64,000 bases of DNA from a virus. The stretch lies in the IMG/VR virus record IMGVR_UViG_3300042301_002363, positions 24,098 to 88,097 of that record; one strand, written 5' to 3'. A model generated the notes under the pieces. That model was not told the origin of the DNA. It did not search any database and saw nothing but the letters and a program-made list of their open reading frames with translations. The translations under genes were made by a program, and so were the position numbers. Positions 60,255 to 64,000 of this stretch are shown here, one piece after another (positions within the stretch are counted from its first letter, which is position 1; every line of letters starts with the position of its first letter).

Positions 60255-60584
60255 TTAATTGAAAGTAGTAATCACCTTGACAACGTTCATTTGTGCATTG
60301 ATGATTTCACCAATAGCATGATTCATTAAGAACTCTCTATTTGCTGTAAGAGTTCCATGAGCACTACTATCCTCACGATGCTTTTCAATTATATCAATCA
60401 AATATGCACACGCACGTTTTACTGTATCCACTTCACTATTTGCTGATGGATTAAAGCTTAAACCTACCAATTGTTCTCCACGACTAACCTCTGAGATTTT
60501 GTCCATGTCAATAAGTTCTTCATTGACAATGGTTGGCTTATTCAATAATTCTTCCTTCTGTTCTGTTGTCAGTTTATTTTCCAT
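60255..60584 (-). CDS. Acb2/Tad1-like helical hairpin protein, candidate anti-defence nucleotide sponge (109 aa)
   Basis: GEQLVGLSFNPS...VDTVKRACAYLID...R...AIGEIINAQMNVVKVIT resembles the Acb2/Tad1 hairpin pattern; ATG at 60584. Confidence 0.5.
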   Translation of the reverse strand: MENKLTTEQKEELLNKPTIVNEELIDMDKISEVSRGEQLVGLSFNPSANSEVDTVKRACAYLIDIIEKHREDSSAHGTLTANREFLMNHAIGEIINAQMNVVKVITTFN

Positions 60585-60927
60585 TTTCTTCAAATTTACG
60601 TTCAAGTTTACTTGCATTGATATCTCTTCTTCTTTCAGGATTTAAAACCTCATCCCAAATGATTGCGATTTCAAACTCATTAATCATCAGTTTTGCATCC
60701 TCACCAATCATAATTCTTTCAGCTGATGATAATGATGACACTGACACATAGACTTTGTCTCCTGGTTTAAATACAGTAACATCTGTACCTACAGCATAGA
60801 CCTCAAGATTTGTCCACTCTTGAATCATATCCATTTCAAGTTGCCTCTCTACTTCAGGAGTTAATTCAATGATTGACTCTTTCTTTCTTGGTGTGGTCAA
60901 TAGCACACGTTTACCTAATAATTTCAT
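60574..60927 (-). CDS. GroES-like co-chaperonin (117 aa)
   Basis: MKLLGKRVLL...SIIEL...EVYAVGTDV..FKPGDKVYV...INEFEIAII follows the Cpn10 pattern. Confidence 0.7.
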   Translation of the reverse strand: MKLLGKRVLLTTPRKKESIIELTPEVERQLEMDMIQEWTNLEVYAVGTDVTVFKPGDKVYVSVSSLSSAERIMIGEDAKLMINEFEIAIIWDEVLNPERRRDINASKLERKFEENGK

Positions 60928-60938
60928 GATTTAAACTT

Positions 60939-61178
60939 TTAAGATTTAGTTTCTGGTTGATCGTCTTCATCATCCTCCTCCTCATTACGCATGATTTCAT
61001 TTCCTGCAGTCTTGATGTTTGCAATCATGACAACATGCTGTAGTCTCTCAGACTCGTAGCGTACTGCGCGAGCTTGTTGCTCTGCTAAGTCTGCTCTAAG
61101 AGTAGCCAGTTCAATTTGGTCTTTGTACCAAGCAACTGCTTCTTCTCTTGTAACTTGTTTTTCTTTTTCTTCTTCCAT
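60939..61178 (-). CDS. Acidic coiled-coil hypothetical protein (79 aa)
   Basis: First gene of the minus-strand block, ~22 nt downstream of a TAnnTTTG element. Confidence 0.65.
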   Translation of the reverse strand: MEEEKEKQVTREEAVAWYKDQIELATLRADLAEQQARAVRYESERLQHVVMIANIKTAGNEIMRNEEEDDEDDQPETKS

Positions 61179-61200
61179 GATTATGTTATTTAAGTTTCTA

Positions 61201-61249
61201 CAAATATATACTTAAAAGTTTAAATTAAAATCATTTATTATTAAATTTG
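61201..61249. promoter_or_regulatory. Divergent Bacteroidota sigma70 promoters
   Basis: TATATTTG on the minus strand (61201-61208) and TAAATTTG on the plus strand (61242-61249), each pointing at an adjacent ATG, in an AT-rich gap at the strand switch. Confidence 0.65.
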
Positions 61250-61263
61250 TCAAAACACTTATC

Positions 61264-61758
61264 ATGTACGTATCAAGAGATTTAGAATGGACAGTGCTTC
61301 AAGAGTTCTGTGAGAAATTAGAAACACTGGATACACATCCACATGACACCTTGGTAGTAGTGGTAAGTCCTGATTATAGTGCTACAGTAGGTATGCATGT
61401 AGCTCACCACTTAAGCAAAGATGGGGAGATGCTAAACCTTACATATCTAGAAGTACCATATCCTGATGAGGACATGAATACATACAGATCAGAGTTTCTA
61501 AACCAGCTCAATCCATATGGTATAAGAAACTACCAAGGATATAAAAACGTACTGCTATTAGAAGCTGGCGTAATCACTGGCAAAAACTACACCTGGATCA
61601 CTCAGTGCTTAGAGACAGCAGCCATTAAATACTACACAGCTGCACTCTTTGAAAACATAGACAGCATATACAAATCTGACATAGTAGGAAGATACTATTC
61701 TGAGAAGCTGCACGAACTAGAGTTTTATTGGGAGAAACCTAATAACCACTGGTCATAG
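61264..61758 (+). CDS. Divergent type I phosphoribosyltransferase-fold protein (164 aa)
   Basis: KNVLLLEAGVITGKNY aligns with the PRPP loop VLLVDDxxxTGxT; later AALF...SDIVG...FYWE resembles the HGPRT/XGPRT C-terminus. Confidence 0.55.
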   Translation: MYVSRDLEWTVLQEFCEKLETLDTHPHDTLVVVVSPDYSATVGMHVAHHLSKDGEMLNLTYLEVPYPDEDMNTYRSEFLNQLNPYGIRNYQGYKNVLLLEAGVITGKNYTWITQCLETAAIKYYTAALFENIDSIYKSDIVGRYYSEKLHELEFYWEKPNNHWS

Positions 61759-61852
61759 GAAATCAAAAAAAAATTTTTGGTATTTTGAAAATCACTTGAG
61801 TGTGAGAACACAGAGAGTGTCTATGTAGCACCGCCCCCCAGCATGGCGCAGC

Positions 61853-61866
61853 TACGTCACCCCCCA
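61853..61866 (+). promoter_or_regulatory. Early-region repeated motif, copy 1
   Basis: TACGTCACCCCCCA, identical to 63458-63471; ~29 nt upstream of the ATG at 61895. Confidence 0.55.
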
Positions 61867-61894
61867 TGACGTTCAGGACACAAACGTTCACACA

Positions 61895-61996
61895 ATGACA
61901 CAAACTTTCATCATTGGAGGAATGGTCATTCGTGCATTCTCTCTGCAAGAGGCATACGCTATCTACAGAGAGTACTGCATGAATGCAAATGGATAG
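61895..61996 (+). CDS. Small hypothetical peptide (33 aa)
   Basis: MTQTFIIGGMVIRAFSLQEAYAIYREYCMNANG; preceded by the repeated motif and followed by a hairpin at ~62029-62052. Confidence 0.45.
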   Translation: MTQTFIIGGMVIRAFSLQEAYAIYREYCMNANG

Positions 61997-62100
61997 GTGG
62001 GATACCTGTCGCCTCGCAGCCAGAGCCACAGGGAGAGTACTATCTCTCTCTGTGTATCTCTATTTAAGCTGTTGTCCTACACACAATTGCATTCAAGGGT

Positions 62101-62119
62101 TACTTCAACCCCCAAATGA
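62101..62119 (+). promoter_or_regulatory. Early-region repeated motif, variant copy
   Basis: TACTTCAACCCCCAAATGA, upstream of the gene at 62206. Confidence 0.4.
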
Positions 62120-62205
62120 TACAGGCATAAGCACTATGGCCTTGAGAATTATAGTGCACAATTTAATTTAGAACCTTTTGGTGCTTAGGTAACCATCCCA
62201 CGATT

Positions 62206-62700
62206 ATGGCAAATTCAGTTGCTATCAAAAAGAACGACAAAGGTGCGTTCGTTAATGTGTATTCCTCTAACGCAGAGTTTGGATACATAGTGCTTGAGTC
62301 TAACTCTATCTCCACTGTTGGTGGTTGGATTAGAGAGTCCAAGCGCACAACCCTCATCAGAGGTACTGTGCAACTCCTTGAGAAATACCTTTCTCTATCT
62401 ACTGGTGGATTGCTACCAGGACGCATTGCAGTGCGCGAATATCTTGAGGATGCTATTCCTGCAGATATTGCTGCAAAGGAGTTGCGCGATGATGTCACGT
62501 TGGAGGAGGCGCTTAAGCCATACTTCAAGCGTGCAGGGCAGGATGGTGTTATTCTATCTAAGGATGGAAAGCGCATCGTTCGCTTCACTGAGTATGACCC
62601 AAGTGGTTCTATTCAGGACATCACGCTCTCTCACGACAATGTGGCAGAGGTGAGTGCGTCTAAGGCGCAAGGTGCTAACAAGGAAGATGCACCGTTCTAA
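62206..62700 (+). CDS. Hypothetical early protein, paralog A (164 aa), with SSB-like acidic tail
   Basis: Clear paralog of 63506-64000; ends in EDAPF; followed by a strong hairpin. Confidence 0.75.
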   Translation: MANSVAIKKNDKGAFVNVYSSNAEFGYIVLESNSISTVGGWIRESKRTTLIRGTVQLLEKYLSLSTGGLLPGRIAVREYLEDAIPADIAAKELRDDVTLEEALKPYFKRAGQDGVILSKDGKRIVRFTEYDPSGSIQDITLSHDNVAEVSASKAQGANKEDAPF

Positions 62701-62710
62701 ACAGTCTTCC

Positions 62711-62748
62711 AAGAGAGGCACGTCTATCACGCAGGCGTGTCTCTCTTT
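62711..62748 (+). terminator. Terminator-like hairpin
   Basis: AAGAGAGGCACGTCT-atcacgc-AGGCGTGTCTCTCTT (15-bp stem with two G-U pairs), 10 nt after the stop at 62700. Confidence 0.6.
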
Positions 62749-62792
62749 AAATTAAGTGCGTGACAGTTATTAATGCTTTAAAAACAATTCCC

Positions 62793-63134
62793 ATGAAAGC
62801 ATCAAATTACAATTTCCAGTGGCTTGAATCTCAACCTCTTCACAGCTGGATGAAAAAGAATCGTGTTGAAACACTACACGTTGAAGAGATTGAGGGTATA
62901 AGATTTGCAGTGTCCAAATGTGGATGGCAAATCTTAATGGCATCTACAGTGCCAGGTCTCTGTGGCGATATGCAGGTTGCACTTGTAACCAATAAGCGTC
63001 ACAAGATGTTTCCAGGTGAGTATGCCATCATCACTTGGGCGCCTTATGCAAATAGGCGTAAAGCGTGTAAGAAAAGCTACACGTGCACAAGAGTGAAGAA
63101 TTATGTTGAACGTGATTACTCTCTCTCAGCATGA
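62793..63134 (+). CDS. Hypothetical protein (113 aa)
   Basis: ATG at 62793 after an A-rich leader; its stop overlaps the next start (ATGA). Confidence 0.6.
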   Translation: MKASNYNFQWLESQPLHSWMKKNRVETLHVEEIEGIRFAVSKCGWQILMASTVPGLCGDMQVALVTNKRHKMFPGEYAIITWAPYANRRKACKKSYTCTRVKNYVERDYSLSA

Positions 63135-63283
63135 AAAAGCAAATCTTACTTTACCTCTGGGCAGTGGTCTGCTTGGGGGTATTCAGTGGGGTGTTGATGA
63201 GCTTTGGTTCTCACATCCTTCCTGCAATTGGATTCATGTGCGTCTTCTGGGCGTGCATGCTCATGCCAATGCTCGCTGATTAG
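63131..63283 (+). CDS. Small two-helix membrane protein (50 aa)
   Basis: MKKQILLYLWAVVCLGVFSGVLMSFGSHILPAIGFMCVFWACMLMPMLAD; ATGA overlap with the upstream stop; too short for the ORF track. Confidence 0.6.
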   Translation: MKKQILLYLWAVVCLGVFSGVLMSFGSHILPAIGFMCVFWACMLMPMLAD

Positions 63284-63457
63284 ACGTCATCCACCTATGG
63301 GGAAAAGCTGTACACACGTTGTGCAGTTTTTTGTCCCCAGGGTGGGTAAGGGGGAGGACGCGTGTCAACATACGATACGCAGCAGTTTTTTCCCCAAGGT
63401 GTACTCATACTGCAACCACCCTTGAGTACACGTGGAGTAGAATACTGATCTGTCCAA

Positions 63458-63471
63458 TACGTCACCCCCCA
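63458..63471 (+). promoter_or_regulatory. Early-region repeated motif, copy 2
   Basis: TACGTCACCCCCCA, ~35 nt upstream of the ATG at 63506. Confidence 0.55.
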
Positions 63472-63505
63472 ATGAGTTCAAGTATTAATTTAAAACTCTT
63501 GATGT

Positions 63506-64000
63506 ATGAGTAATGTAAGAATCGTCCCTGGAAAGAAGGGAACAGTCGTGACAGCGTACGAATCAAACGCTGATTTTGGTTATGTGCAATTAGAGCAAAG
63601 TGCTATTGTACAAACAGGAGGTTGGATACGCGAAGTTAAGCGTACGTGTCTTTTGCGCGGTAAAACTGCAACCCTTGAAGCTTTTGTAGGCGCAAGTAAA
63701 GGTTTGCAATTACCTGGCAAGTTGGTTGCGCTTGAGTACCTTGAGTCTCAAGTACCTGCTGACATTGCGAAGGAGTATCTTCGTGATGATGTTTCCTATG
63801 AGGAAGCAATTGACTCATATCTTAAGCGCGCAGGTGCTGATGGTGTGGCGTTGACTGCAGGAGGCGAGCGTATCTTGCGCTTTACCAAGTATGATGCTGC
63901 TGATCAGATGCATGATGTACGTGTTATGCACGATAATCAGGCTGAAGTTAGCGCTGAGAAGAACTTGGCAAGCAACAGAGGCATGTTGCCTGGTGGTGAA
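63506..64000 (+). CDS. Hypothetical early protein, paralog B (3'-truncated, >=165 aa)
   Basis: Not in the ORF track. Translated by hand: MSNVRIVPGKKGTVVTAYESNADFGYVQLE...GGWIREVKRT...KRAGADG...HDNQAEVSA; open to the window end. Confidence 0.8.
   Translation, partial: MSNVRIVPGKKGTVVTAYESNADFGYVQLEQSAIVQTGGWIREVKRTCLLRGKTATLEAFVGASKGLQLPGKLVALEYLESQVPADIAKEYLRDDVSYEEAIDSYLKRAGADGVALTAGGERILRFTKYDAADQMHDVRVMHDNQAEVSAEKNLASNRGMLPGGE

Noticed and set aside
360-60751. Numerous 60-200 aa plus-strand ORFs and short nested minus-strand ORFs in the track
   Set aside because: They are shadows of long, tightly packed minus-strand genes and show no recognisable motifs.
61763-62588. Track ORFs 61763-62029 (-), 61983-62171 (+) and 62163-62588 (-)
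   Set aside because: They overlap better-supported plus-strand genes, hairpins or regulatory motifs and have no protein-like features.
61760-63500. tRNA genes in the structured intergenic regions
   Set aside because: No cloverleaf with a T-loop GTTCRA and a matching acceptor stem was recognisable.
1-64000. Stop-codon reassignment as in some crAss-like phages
   Set aside because: Very long ORFs are open in code 11, and TAA, TAG (portal, 906-aa gene) and TGA (terminase) all end genes at sensible positions.

Overview
The window is a 64-kb piece of a crAss-like (Crassvirales-type) Bacteroidota phage genome in the standard genetic code. Bases 1-61180 are one minus-strand block. From right to left it holds small accessory genes (GroES-like, Acb2/Tad1-like, HTH, HU-like, Cys-rich, PD-(D/E)XK nuclease), terminase, portal, scaffold-like protein, major capsid protein, head-tail and ring proteins, a ferritin/Dps-like gene, Cys-rich tail appendage proteins, an IHF-like protein and the tail muzzle. 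It ends with six large cargo/ejection proteins and the 5' ~2510 codons of a zincin-fused giant protein, probably the virion RNA polymerase, which the ORF track missed. After ~61260 genes switch to the plus strand and, from ~61780, become more GC-rich (probable early region). The most notable observations are: (i) about 35 copies of an xxxGG motif that punctuates four cargo proteins and a small basic capsid-adjacent protein into modules, a possible polyprotein cleavage or capsid-loading code; (ii) a repeated TACGTCACCCCCCA motif ahead of early genes, a candidate virion-RNAP promoter; (iii) a second conserved motif ahead of late genes; (iv) two structured non-coding elements; (v) a circularly permuted FISUMP lectin domain and a PA14-like domain shared between the muzzle and a tail protein; and (vi) strong CCG/CGG depletion. 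All family assignments come from motif recognition and synteny by eye; no database searches were run.
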